Positions 51,677 through 64,000 of a stretch of 64,000 nt of DNA are shown piece after piece (within the stretch, counting starts at the first letter, position 1; each line of letters opens with the position of its first letter). Under the pieces are notes generated by a model. The model was given only the letters and a program-made list of their open reading frames with translations. It did no database searches and had not been told where the DNA came from. The DNA is from Selaginella moellendorffii (Eukaryota; Plantae; Lycopodiophyta): assembly GCF_000143415.4 (NCBI RefSeq), contig NW_003314315.1, positions 1-64,000 of the forward strand. The letters are read 5' to 3'. The position numbers and the translations under genes are program-made.

Positions 51677-53794
51677 ATGGCCACGCTAGTCTCCTCCACC
51701 AGCGCCGCGCATTCGCTTCTTCCCCACGGCGCTGCCAGAAGGAGCTCGCATTCTTGCTGCTCGCACAGGAATTCCTTCTTTGGAGCTGAATTGGATCGAA
51801 AGAGCGTGTATTACAAGTTGCGGCGATCGAGGAGCCGGCGGGAGCTGCGATTTCTGGTCAGTGCGCACCTAGGTCAGCCGGAGGATTTGGAGTCGGCATT
51901 GGATTTGCTAGCGCAAGCGCCGGAGTCAGTCCAGAATGCGCTCGCTAGAGTCGAGGGATTTCTCTACACTGTGGCGGATGCCGCTGTCGCCACGGATGTT
52001 GTAACGGATAGCACGAGTGAGACCGTCCAACAGGCCCAGCAGAGCGATTGGTTCTCTGGCGTGACTACTGTCATGGAAGCGGTGCTCAAGGTTAGAATAT
52101 ACTATCGAGCGAATTCTATGCTTCGATCGATCATACTCCTTTGTGTTTTTTCTCTTAGGTGTTGAAGGACGGTCTTACAACGCTCAAAGTGCCGTATGCC
52201 TACGGGTTTGCGATCATTCTACTCACAGTCTTGGTGAAAGTTTTGACGTTCCCATTGACGAAGTCACAGGTAAAACTTAGAGATTGTTGCTGGCTAGATA
52301 CTAAGGCGTTGCGAATTTCCAGGCAGAGTCCACGATATCTATGCAAAACTTGCAGCCAAAATTGAAAGCCATCCAGCAACGTTATGCTGGAGATCAGGTA
52401 CTCAGTGACTGCTTTTTTTTCTCTCTCTCTCTCTCTTAGCTCAGGAAAGAGTCTTTGCGTTTGGCCAGGAAAGGATTCAAATGGAGACAGCTCGTCTCTA
52501 CAAGCAAGCTGGAGTTAATCCTCTTGCTGGTAAGTTCTAGTGAGTGTAATTCACGAGCTTGATGTTTTTCTTTCTTTCTTCGTTTTTGTTCTTGCAGGAT
52601 GTTTGCCGACCTTGGCGACTTTACCTGTCTGGATTGGCTTGTACAGGGCATTGTCAAATGTTGCAAATGAGGTCAGTTTCCGGTTGTAATTTTCTCTGTT
52701 TGTTTACATTTTCTTCAGGGCCTCTTGAGTGAAGGGTTTTTTTGGATACCTTCTCTGGCAGGTCCGACAACAATAGCTGCACGTCAAAGCGGTAGTGGTA
52801 TCTCCTGGCTGTTTCCTTTTGTGGTCGGTATAATTTTGTAGCAATCAGCTGGTTTTCAAACTCGTTTTTTGTTTAGGATGGGCATCCTCCCCTGGGATGG
52901 GGGGACACAATCGCGTACTTAGTACTGCCTGTTCTTCTGATTGGATCACAATACGCTTCTATGCAGATTATGCAACCGCCGCAGGTACTGAAATACTACT
53001 TCTCGCTGTACTTCGTAACGCGTACGAGGGTTGTTTTTGCAGACTGATCCAAGCCAAAAGAATACACAGCTAATTTTGAAGTTCCTTCCTCTCATGATCG
53101 GCTATTTTGCTCTTTCTGTTCCCTCCGGACTCAGTCTATACTGGTTAAGTAGAGAACCGTGTGGTGAACTCTCTACTTACTCATTTTCCTGCAGGCTAAC
53201 AAACAATATCCTCAGCACTGGCCAACAAGTGTGGCTGCGAAAGCTCGGTGGGGCTAAGCCTGTCGTTGCTAGTGGCGGTGGTGACATAATCTCGGCTGGT
53301 CAGGCCAAGCGGTCTACTCCATCTCCACCCGCAGCGACTGTAGCACCAGCACCAGCAAGAGAAGCAGGAGGAACAAGAGAAAGCCGACGGGGTGAAAGGT
53401 ACTCGTCTGTTTTGATTTCACTTTTAGACAGCAGCTTGTAAATCCAGGTTCAGGCAACTAAAGGCAGCAGAGTCGAAACGAAAAGCCGAGAGAGCAGAGA
53501 AAACAAGATTGGCCGCAGAATCAACTAAGGCGCCAATGTCGTCTGAGAGAAAAGACGGGGAGGAAAGTCGCAAAGCCGATCCAGAGACTAGCGACGGGGA
53601 CGAGTCTTCTTCAGACGAAGACAGCGATGATAGCGAGGTCACGAAGGTGCGTACTTTCTTTTGTTCCTGTTAGTCACCGATGGATCCCACAGGGCTCGTT
53701 GGAGGAATTGTATGCTAGCAGTGGGAACGGAGCAGCTAGCAATGGAGGCTCTCCCAACAAAAGTAAGCGATCGAAAAGGAAGCGCTCAGTTTGA
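51677..53794 (+). CDS. ALB3: Thylakoid insertase ALBINO3 (YidC/Oxa1 family), multi-exon
   Basis: LYTVADAAV, VPYAYGFAIILLTVLVKVLTFPL, GVNPLAGCLP, EGFFWIPSLAGP, FLPLMIGYFALSVPSGLSLYW, C-terminal SKRSKRKRSV motif typical of ALB3. Confidence 0.93.
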
Positions 53795-55782
53795 AAGCAA
53801 CTAAAGAAGCCAACGATCACTGTCCAGGTTCGGCAAGCTACTTTGCCTGGATTCAAAAGGATTTGACTCTGTGGATAGCCCAGAGGAAACACTATCTTAC
53901 AGTTTTGTAAAATATAATTCTCGTTACTTGCTAGGATCAAACCCGGAATCCGGATTTTCAGCCTTCACATTCGTTTCTAGAGACTGAACTACCTTTGTAG
54001 GCTTCACGTGAAGGCCACACTGACGATGCCTGAGTATGAGGAGCACGTCAAAAGGGTGATAGTTCAGCTGGATCAAGGTTTTTTTAAAGTGCAGATGCAG
54101 GTATTCATACTGCACTCATTTGATTCATCATATATGTTTACACACGTTATACTAAATTCACAAAAATTTACTTGCTTTAGAATTTTCTCATACCATAGAA
54201 ATATGCTATATTCATAGAGGTGTAAGAATATATTAAATTATATTTTAAATATTTCTTAATTTATTATGCTCTTAAATTTTTTCTAATTCATTTATAAGTA
54301 ATGAAAGATTACCCTAAATAAATGCTTTCATATTTTCTTGTAAACCAATTGCCATGGCCACATTATTCAGTCCAGAAATGCCAAAAAATAAAGCACTAGA
54401 AATCTAACACATGGCAAAAAATTACTCATTGTTTATTCCTCCCTCTCTTTGTAATCTTCCTGATGTTTTAAATTGTTATTGTGTATGCTAACATGAGATA
54501 TTAAGGGCCTAAGTACAAGTAGCAATGACTTTCTTTTGAGCTATTCTTATACAAACTTTCTAACTTTCCAAGGAGCTCATAAAGAATAAAAGAACTACAT
54601 ACTACTAGTATTGCCAAGCAAATGTTGGGTGAAAATAAATGGGTGATTTTATATAAATATTTTTGCTCTTGTGAACTTGATAATATGAATATATAACTAA
54701 GAATAAGTATTTATTAATAAAATATTAGATACAAAGTATTATTTGGAAATATGAACATATTTAGAACAACACCCAACCCATGAAAAAGTAAAAATGGAAT
54801 TTTTAATATTAATTTGATGTTGTATGTAAATTATGTTTTTACTGGGATAAATTTATATTAAGATTTTATAAAACAAAGTAAGAGAATATTGACTAAAAAT
54901 AATTATTAACAATTTAGTTATACCCAATTACTAAGAAAATATTTTATAAACATATATTATATATAAATAAATTCAAATGTTAATACATATTTTTTGCAGC
55001 AATGATTGTTGGTAGTAAGTTCATTACAGCTCAATGAGATGCTTATGATGAGGAGTTGGAAGAACTCTCATTAACAACACACAATGGTATATTATTCATT
55101 GATTTTTTCATTCACTTAGCTCTTTTGTAAGTCTATTATGTTTCTCCAATAACAAAATGAGGCATTGTGAGTGTCTTTATTAGCTCCTACAATAGATTAT
55201 TGAATCTTTCACAAAAAACGACATGAACATGGACATATGATGCTAGTTCAACCGTTAGTGTTGAAAGATATAAAAGCCCTTGTACCTAGTTGCAAATTTC
55301 ATTCTCTTAAGCTTTTTAGATGGTCTTTCAAATATTGATGGAAAAGTTAAGTATTGGAACTTTCTCACACCTGACCATATATATGATGCATTCCTCTTGT
55401 CTGAAGCATTTATATTTAAAGTTGGCTATGTCATCTCAATCTTACCGAACAACCTCAATTGGATATATGAGTTTATGATATGTGTAGCAAAAGTTCATTT
55501 CAAGTCATTCTCTTGGGTGTATCATGGATCCTATTAACCTCAATACTAGGGGAGTTTAAGGGAAGTTTGAAAGGGTGAGTATATATTTTATATTTTTATC
55601 TGATTTCTAGACTTTCTTATTTTCTAGGTTATGATATGGACCTATCATACCTTCTACAAAAACACATATGACGAGTTTCGTGATAGCGAGCGTGTAGTAT
55701 GTGTTTTGCCACTGACATCATACCCAGCCTTGTGGATAAGCAAATCTATAACACATTTCCAAGGTATCAATTTCAAACTCTA

Positions 55783-55977
55783 TATAAGCTCCTGAGTTTG
55801 GACTTCCCGGGAGGTCACCCAGCCCAGTACTATTCAAACCCAAGGACGCTTAACTCTAAATATCCCAAAACCATTAACCAATTGGAAAAGGGGGTGCACT
55901 CTTATTCATGGGCCCTTTCCCTCTATATTTGAACCCCTATGGATCGTCTCTCGAGTCGTTCCCTTTGGTTGCTTACA
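55783..55977 (-). mobile_element. Solo LTR of the Cassandra-type TRIM (195 bp)
   Basis: Matches 35539-35732; perfect TSD CTCTA at 55778-55782 and 55978-55982; 5S-like domain 55800-55855. Confidence 0.92.
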
Positions 55978-56623
55978 CTCTATTGGTAATACAAGTCTTG
56001 CTTGAGTTCTATTGCCCACCAAATGGTGTTGTGATTGATTGCACAACAGATACTAGTTTTATAGTGGAGGCAATACATGACTTGGTAAGGTAGTGTTTGC
56101 TATTGAAGTTCTTCAAATGCTAGCTCAAAGGATTTCATGAGTTGCCTCCAACCCTAAGGAGGTAAATTATGTTTATTAAAATTTCAATACATGTTCAATT
56201 TTGTTTTATAAATCACTATCACTTGGAGAATTGGAGGCTTTGGAAGTCTTCCAAACCATGCAGAAGCGATGGCTCAACAAATGCAAGATGAATCTTCCCT
56301 ACAATACCAAGATAGGAGGAAGCATAAAAGGAATTAATATGTTGATGATGAAGCAAAAAAAAAGTTAATTACATCCTTACATGAAATGAAAAATGTTAGA
56401 TGTTTGTGAAAGTGTTAGATGTCTGTGAAAGTGTTAAATGTTAATGATAGTGTCGGTGTCAGATATTATAATTGTAAATTATCATTCTCACCTATCACCA
56501 TCACTTTTTAGTGCTTGTGTGTTGCCATCTCCTCTTTCAACATCTTATAAATAATTATATATGATATGATAGCACTATTTAGAATAAGGTATGTTACGTA
56601 TAACTAATATCATTTCATTATAA

Positions 56624-56654
<31 letters not shown>

Positions 56655-56731
56655 TATATACATATATATATATATACACACATATATACATATATATATA
56701 TACACACACATACACACACACACATACACAC
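56624..56731. repeat. Compound (TA)n/(CA)n microsatellite
   Basis: Direct inspection. Confidence 0.95.
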
Positions 56732-59700
56732 TTGTAAAAATAAAGTAATTTTAAATCTTACATTCCATTGTAGAGTGGCCTAAAAACCCTATTTTTCACA
56801 CTAGCAAATGCAATGTTTTCCAAAGGGATGTTATTCTGCACTATAAAGTGATAGTGGGTATGTATTCATAACTCATTTTGGATTTTATTGTATATTCATA
56901 TATGTATATTTTCCAAACCCACCATTGGGCAATTGCTATAGTGCTCAAGAAAAGTTTGTAAGTCTATAGAGCCATTTGTTTTATCCAAAAAAGAGCAACA
57001 TATTAAACACCAAATGTAATAGCATTTTGTGCTTTCAAGTAGTTTTACCATATCAAAAGCAAGATCTTGCAAAAACATATGGCATTGCTCTTGAAGCATT
57101 GAAGGCAATCCCTTTTTAATAATAATATTTGGAATTTTATAGTTCAACTTCACTAGAGCTCCTAGCAGAAAGAGGCTTGTTATGTGGATGTGGTAGAATA
57201 TTAGTAGAACTTATGGATAGAGGTGGAGATTTATATAAAATGCTGAAGGGCCAAGTATGAGTAATAGTGACTTTCTTTCAAGCCATTTTTATATAAACTT
57301 CCAAGGAGCTTAAGGAGAACAAAAAAACTACAATGGTTATAACTTTTTTGGATAATTTATATATTAAGTTTTAGTTTTGGGAATGAGGTTTATTTATTAT
57401 GACACTTACAATACTCGGGATTTTGAAATGTAAGTCTTGAAAATAAGGATTCATAATTATAGCTTATTTATAAATATAAAAGCTTTTAGAATTCTAAATT
57501 ATCATGTATACACATGCTCTATCATTTTGATGAAATCCTACTTTGCTACATATATATTTTTGTTTTACACATGCCAATTTTTTAAGGAAATAGACTATAG
57601 AGAAATATAAACCACATTATAGTGGTAAGGCATGTTGGCATGCTATTATTCTCGTGTGAAATTGCCTTTTAATCTTGGAAATATAGACAGAATTAATTCT
57701 TTAATATAATATTACTTTTGAGTCTTTCAAAAGTAATATCACATCAAAAAATCAATTGAGAATGCTACAAACAGACAAATGACTTATTCCAAAAGGTGTA
57801 TTGACCTTGTCAAGAAGGCTTATGAATTATAGTGGTATGGCATGCTGGTATGGTATCATTCTCTTGTGTGAAATTGCCTTTTAGTCTTAAAAATATAGAC
57901 AAAATTGATTTTTTGATGGATATTACTATCAAGTCTTTCAAAAGATTTTCATTTCTTTTATTATTATTCACAAACAACCCTCGAAAACATTTATTGAGGC
58001 TTCATTGCAAAAATATATCTTGATCTTTTCATATGGGAGGATTGTGATATAGGCAGGTAACAAAGTTTTTGATATGAATTAATATATAAATTACAAATGT
58101 CAGGAGTAGATTTCTTGATGCTTTCTACTATGTTGTTTATTTCTTCATTTCTCTTGGTTTGAATTGTTGTTTTGAAAGTAACATAAATATTTTTATCAAT
58201 GGTGATAGTGGTCTCCACATTCCCAGATGGGTAATAAAAACTAAGAGTGTAATATAGAGATTGTAGTAGTGAAATGAAATTAATATTTTCACATTCCTTG
58301 TGCTACAAATTTTATTCATAGATCTTTTATTTTATTTGCTTCCCATCTTCTCAAGAATCTTAAAGAAATCTTTTGAATGCATAAATAATATGTACAGCTA
58401 TAAAAGTAGTCAAATCAAAATATGACAACTATAGTAGTAGTGATAGTAAAATAATATAGCTTTACAAAAGATAGGTTCTCGTGAACTTTGTCTTTTTTAA
58501 ATGACTTAATCTTATAGAAACTTTTAACTTAGATATTTACATATTTCAATATTTTAAAGCTTATCCAATTTAAATTTCCTTTGTAAAACTTTTAGTTGAT
58601 TATGTTGACTTGAGTTGACTTGCATTGAGTTAAGTTCAACTTGTGAGCTCAACTCAACTTTGAACCATCCCCCCATCCTAGTTGTCTAGAACTTAATATT
58701 GAGCCCTATTCCCACTTTGAAAGACTCACATTACTCTTTTAGGATGGCATTCCTGGCCTCTAAGTTCTCCAAAACAACATCTCACTGGTTGTCAAGCTCA
58801 TCCTAGGAGCAATCACCATCAACATCAGTGATCTCCTTGAGATAAAGTTCTTTTTGTTCTACTTTATCCATCTTCAAACTTACTTGAAATGAGTAAGTTG
58901 CTCAATGCAAAAGAGGAGAATCTTGTTGCACACTCTATAATTGAAACTCTTGGGTGGGTGGTGGATGGTGTACTCATGACTGCCACTAGGCATATGAGGT
59001 GGACTTGATTCCATCATCACTGTTTTAGTAAAAAATAGAAAACATTAGAGAATGAAAGAATTTTGGAGAGATTTTGGAGTTCTAGAATTCTTGTTATTGT
59101 TTTTCCACTTTTTTTTCATTTCACTTGGTTTTAGAACATATGATTTGGTGGAGAATCAAGCTGCATACAAGCATTTTTCTCTTGTATTTTCCCCTGTCTT
59201 CACTCCTTACTTCTGAATGTTTAAACTTGAGATTTTAGCACGGATTTAGAAAATTGCTTGTATGGGCATTTAGATTTGGTCATGAGGATTCTATAAAGTG
59301 CTTTCTTGATGAGTGGAGTGCAAAAAGTTGAGAGATTTTTCACTTTTTCTTGCTCTTCTCTTTCTTCTCTTTTCACAGTTAAGTTTTAGAGCTTTAAAAG
59401 CAAAATTTCCTGAGTGTTCTTTGAAATTTCTTTTGTATGTCTCTCCCTTTTCTTCCTAGCTTTCACATGAGTCCTTTCTTACAAAGGAATTTATAAAGAA
59501 TTGTGAGTTTTGGTGTTGACTACATGCCCACGACTTTAAGGGGATTGTTCTTTCCATTTTTATCACCATTTTCATCTTTCTTGAATGTCTTAGATAGGTC
59601 TGTAAATCTTTCTACCATGAGCTTGCATGTAGCATTTGATGCCAGTATAAGGAGTTTGAAGTGATTTCCCACTTTTGCTCATTTATTTTGAGTATAAGGG

Positions 59701-60199
59701 GTGGTTTTGGTTGTTTTCACCTAATTTTGGGCAATTTTGGCCAATTTTTCTTTCTGTGGCATCAAGGGCTTTCTGACACACTCTTTCTCATGATTTTTAA
59801 ATCTTTAAAGCTTGAGATATTCACATTTTTATCTCTGCAAGCTTGAGAATATTGGTGAGTGATAATTTTTGGGGTTCTCCTTAGATTCTCCAGAAATGTT
59901 TTTTGGCTATGAGATCTTTGCATCAAATTTAGAGCATTCCAAGAGCCAAGAAGTTTTCACTCTTTTGGAGTATTTGCCGCAGCCTGGATTTTGTAGTGAT
60001 TGCATGATTTTATGCTCATTCATATTAGACCCACATATATTTGATGCTCACTTACTGTCAATATTATCCCTTGAGTTAAGGGTCGTCATTCACATATCCG
60101 TCATGAGCTAGATTATCAGACGGCTCTCTCAGTTGAGGAGGATTTAGAGCCTTTAGCAGATAGCGAGTTTGAGCATCCATTACCTATGCCAATTCCTCA

Positions 60200-60760
60200 T
60201 ATTGTCCAGTGTGGGACAAACCTTCTTTAGTTCTCAAGAAATGGAGATATCTATACCAAGACACACATTCTTCACTTTGAGCAATATTACGTGTCAAATA
60301 GCATTAGCAATGATGATCACAAGCTTCGAGACCTCTGAATCACTTACCAGCCGAGCAACTATATGGGCATAGACTCTTTTGGAGGCAGATATGGTGGATT
60401 ATGCCACATTCAAGGCCTCCTTCAAATCACACTTTGATGAGTAGCGGCTAGCGAATTATTTGCTTATGGACTTGTTCACATTTCAATAAAGAGCTCGCAA
60501 GTTGGTGCCGGAGTATGTGATGCACTGGAAGGAGTGTGTGGAGCAGCAGGTGATCACCAATGAGCCCCATAGTATCACGGCATTCATCTTTGGACTCAAA
60601 GGAAATCTATAATGCAAGATGCTCAAGAGGCAATTCTAGACGTGTCGCGAGGCTTTTCAAGTTGAAGAGACTTTAGAGTGTGATCTTCTCTAGGAACTTG
60701 GTATCTCTAGGGTTGAGGAGACTTTCCTCCCTCCCTTGATAAAAGCTTCATACACAGCTA
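60200..60760 (+). mobile_element. Decayed retrotransposon gag-like remnant within the TE-derived 58.6-64 kb region
   Basis: FKSHFDE..LMDLFTFQ..VPEYVMHWKECVEQ..ITAFIFGLKGNL..MLKR..TCREAFQV with stops; boundaries undefined. Confidence 0.55.
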
Positions 60761-63700
60761 TCTCTCGTTTAGCTCCCACTCCCACTGTCTCAGAGTCCCT
60801 ATGGTGATTGAGAAGGCTTTCACGGAACTTGCGGGGTATAAGGATGTCCAAAAGTAACTATTTTTTGATAATGTAGCGCATGTGGTTTTTACCCTTTGTC
60901 CTATGGTGATTTACCATAGGATAACACCACGAAGCGGAACCTAAACCCTTCATATGCCATATGTCATATGCCATGTGTCACATGCCACATATCCAAAGGA
61001 CAATGGTGTGGAACCTGAAGTTCAGGGCTTTGGGCCACTGAATGAAGGAACGGTGCCAAACTCTCAAGTATGGAGCCAAGGAGTGACAGAACTGGACTAT
61101 GGAGCAATTCCCGAGCATATAGCCCAAGGAACGAAGGGATAGGAGCCCAGAGCGACTTAGAATATTCCTAGAGTAACCAACATCCCAATGCTAAGACCAA
61201 CATGCAAAACGAAGCCAAATGGAGTCTAGTGCTATTTCGGCATACCGGTGGCCTAATGCAAGGACATGGGTACTCCACCAGCTAGCATGGAATGGAACTT
61301 GGGCTTAGACCCAAGCCGGACGTAAAACAAATATAGGCACGCAAGTAGGAGCTAGACTATGCCTCAGGTTGGTTGGCCATACCCGACCTACCCACTATCC
61401 CTACTATATATTTGGAACCTCCTATAGCCCCCCTCTCCTTGAGGAACACACACTTTGGGCTTTCACCCCAAGCCTCCCTTAGTATTAGGAGTTAGTCTCT
61501 AGAACAAGTTTGAAACTTACTAAATATGAAATGTCCTTAGATTGCGAATTTAGATACGGGACAAACACTATTGTATTCAAGACAATCTCTACATTGCATA
61601 GATATGCCAAATGAGCAAATCTAAACACTTTCCATAAATACCATTTGGGACAGAAATGAGACTAACACAAAGGGCATGATAGCAAGGGTGTTTGGCAGAC
61701 ATAGTAAGCTATCATTTAGCAAATATTGAGGGACTAATCTCAATATCGTGGGGGTTCTTGATACTAGCAAGTGCAAGCCAATGACAGGAGTTTCTTAAAC
61801 TAGGTTGAGTATGCTCAGTAAGAAACATATAGGGTTCCTACCTCATGTTTATCTAATTTAAGTGCATGATCATTGATCAGTTTCTCAACTAGCTCAAGTG
61901 GGAATTAATAACAGGCCTAGCAATATTGACCTTCTGTTGCCATAGCAATAAGGAAAGAATATCCAAAAGGACTAGTTGACAGGTAACTTTCGATACCCAA
62001 AGTCACATTTGTGACACTCTCCCCCTAGGGAAGATTGACGTTCTCGTCGATGCATACTTGAGTTTAGAATACTGCCAAGGAAACAACTCCAGAAAAAGTT
62101 CACGGTATTCACACTATGTGAGAAATGCACCAACTTAAATGAGTTAGGAGGCAACCTCTTTGTTAAACGCGGATATGCTACCCACTCAGACACCTTCTGG
62201 CCGTTACCGACAAGGAAATGACCAACAGAGTTAGCCACCTTTGTTGCTCTGCATGTCACCCAGCTTACAAAAGTGTGATATGCCCTTGCTCGCAAGGACA
62301 TAGAGAGAGAAGCTAGAGGCCCCAACCCTCATGAGCAAAGAAACTAAACCCGTCGGTAAGGTTTAGATAGACTACTGTAAATAGGCAGTTAGAGTTGTTT
62401 CCATGGTCACACCCTTTTAACGGAATAAGGAACATCGACAAAGAGGCGAGTGATATAACCAGTTAATAGTAGCTACCCCATGACTAAAGATTTCACTATA
62501 TATACGAAGTGCCAAAGTCAGTTAGCCTATACTAGCCCAAATTCAAAGATCAATAGATGGACAATATCAAAGTCATATACAATGATATCTTAGAGAATTA
62601 ATGAAGAAATTTTATATTAGAACACAAAAAGTATTCCAAATAAGTTATCATCTAATAAACCAATATTAGAGTATAAGAACCACCAAGATCATCATATTTG
62701 GTAAATATAGAATCACCATCCAACAAAATTCAATAGTAAGTATATCACCAAGAAAACTCAAGGATGAAACTTAACTACTGAAGATGGCAGACAGTATGCC
62801 AAACAACTTACTAAAGATAACTCAAAGAACATAAAGTATCATTGACTGGCAAGCAAAATGTTCACAAATGTATCATCCAAAGGAAATAACTTTCGAATCT
62901 ATCAAAGCTAACTTGAGCAATAATCAATAGAATAGAATGAATGTTGCATGGCTAACAAACATTCGTTTATGCTAACTATCATACTAGCCAATCCAAATAG
63001 ATCCTAGCTAACAACACTAAGGAACTCAAGTTGCCTAAACAAATGTCAGCAACATCCTACGGATGTTTCAAACCTAAGAGACCAATCCAAAGCAAACCAC
63101 AAAGACTATGTAGTATTGTGAAAAGCTAAAAGCTATCAAAGAGAATAATTAACCATCATGAAAATCATTAATCATCCTATCAAATAAAGAGATGCATAAT
63201 CATCATCGAAGAAAGAATCTACCCTAGATGATAGTCAATCATCACCAATGATTGATAGATGTAAATATAGACTTCAACATGGAAGCTATATGCTAAAATG
63301 CTTTCCCCAACAACTTTTAACAAATGGAACAACGAGCACAAAAACTCAAAGAACCAAAAGCTCAAAGAAGTCTATAGCTAAATCTTGTATAATAATGATC
63401 ACAAGTTTTGCATGAACTAACTTCAATGTTAAAAAAGAAATTATGGTATAACCCACAATATCTTCCTCAACACATTTAGAAGTTAAACTTTATAATGAAG
63501 AGCATATCTACATCAATCTAAAAGCTAAGCACAATGGAGCCATGCTCAACAAGTGATCATCTAATCGATCATTTATAAATCCATCTATAGCAAGATGTAA
63601 CTTATTTCATAACAAGCACAAGAAGAATCATCAATGATCGATATATTTTAACTCAAATTCAATAAGGATTCAAATATTCTAATATCATTTACTAACTCTT

Positions 63701-64000
63701 CCTTTTGTAAAGTTAATATAGTCCATGACTAAATCATTTTTCAAGGAAAAGCTAAAGCTAAACCTTTACTAAACAATTTCGTCGAGAACACAACTAACTC
63801 AAACTTGCCACTCAGTTCATTTGAATGTCAATACAGTTGTTAACTAGCAAATGCATGAATGCTAACAACATAAAGCTACAACAAATCATCAACATGATCT
63901 CCATCGAGACTAATGAAACTCAATATCAATCCTATAGAGAGACATTTCATTTCATTTGAATTTCAATATCAATAATGTCAATGACAAAGCATCACTTCCA

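Noticed and set aside
54200-58600. Genes in the AT-rich region after ALB3
   Set aside because: Short ORFs without motifs; local direct repeats (54490/57245, 57620/57830) point to TE debris of unassignable class.
60870-64000. Defined LTR or element boundaries
   Set aside because: Looks TE-derived, but no paired LTR, PBS or TSD can be shown within the window.

Overview
Eukaryotic plant nuclear DNA. The ~50-70 bp GT-AG introns, tight gene packing and MYGKCG-type PPR genes suggest a lycophyte such as Selaginella (inferred, not verified). Intact-looking conserved genes: TFIIIC B-block-binding subunit (26740-32431,+), BRCC45/BRE (47494-49341,-), chloroplast GAPB (49581-51360,-) head-to-head with ALB3 (51677-53794,+), and a PPR gene (16972-18210,-). 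The 5.7-34 kb region is a mosaic of local direct and inverted duplications. It holds (i) a head-to-head pair of an SCP/FCP1-type phosphatase and a stand-alone GCN2/eIF2alpha-kinase-like gene, with a decayed tandem copy, and (ii) two intact inverted copies of a 3-exon gene for a 146-aa secreted precursor with four tandem CC-x6-C-x3-C (CCxxNG[FW]GCxxxC) units, plus relics of a further paralog. The latter is the best candidate for an undescribed peptide system. Transposons: decayed Gypsy elements, a Copia with ~88-bp LTRs, a nested Cassandra-type TRIM with 5S rRNA promoter sequence plus a solo LTR, a non-autonomous hAT with an 8-bp TSD, and a LINE relic. An intronless orphan ORF with a PD-(D/E)xK nuclease-like signature lies next to the assembly gap. 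All family assignments come from motif recognition by eye; no database searches were run.
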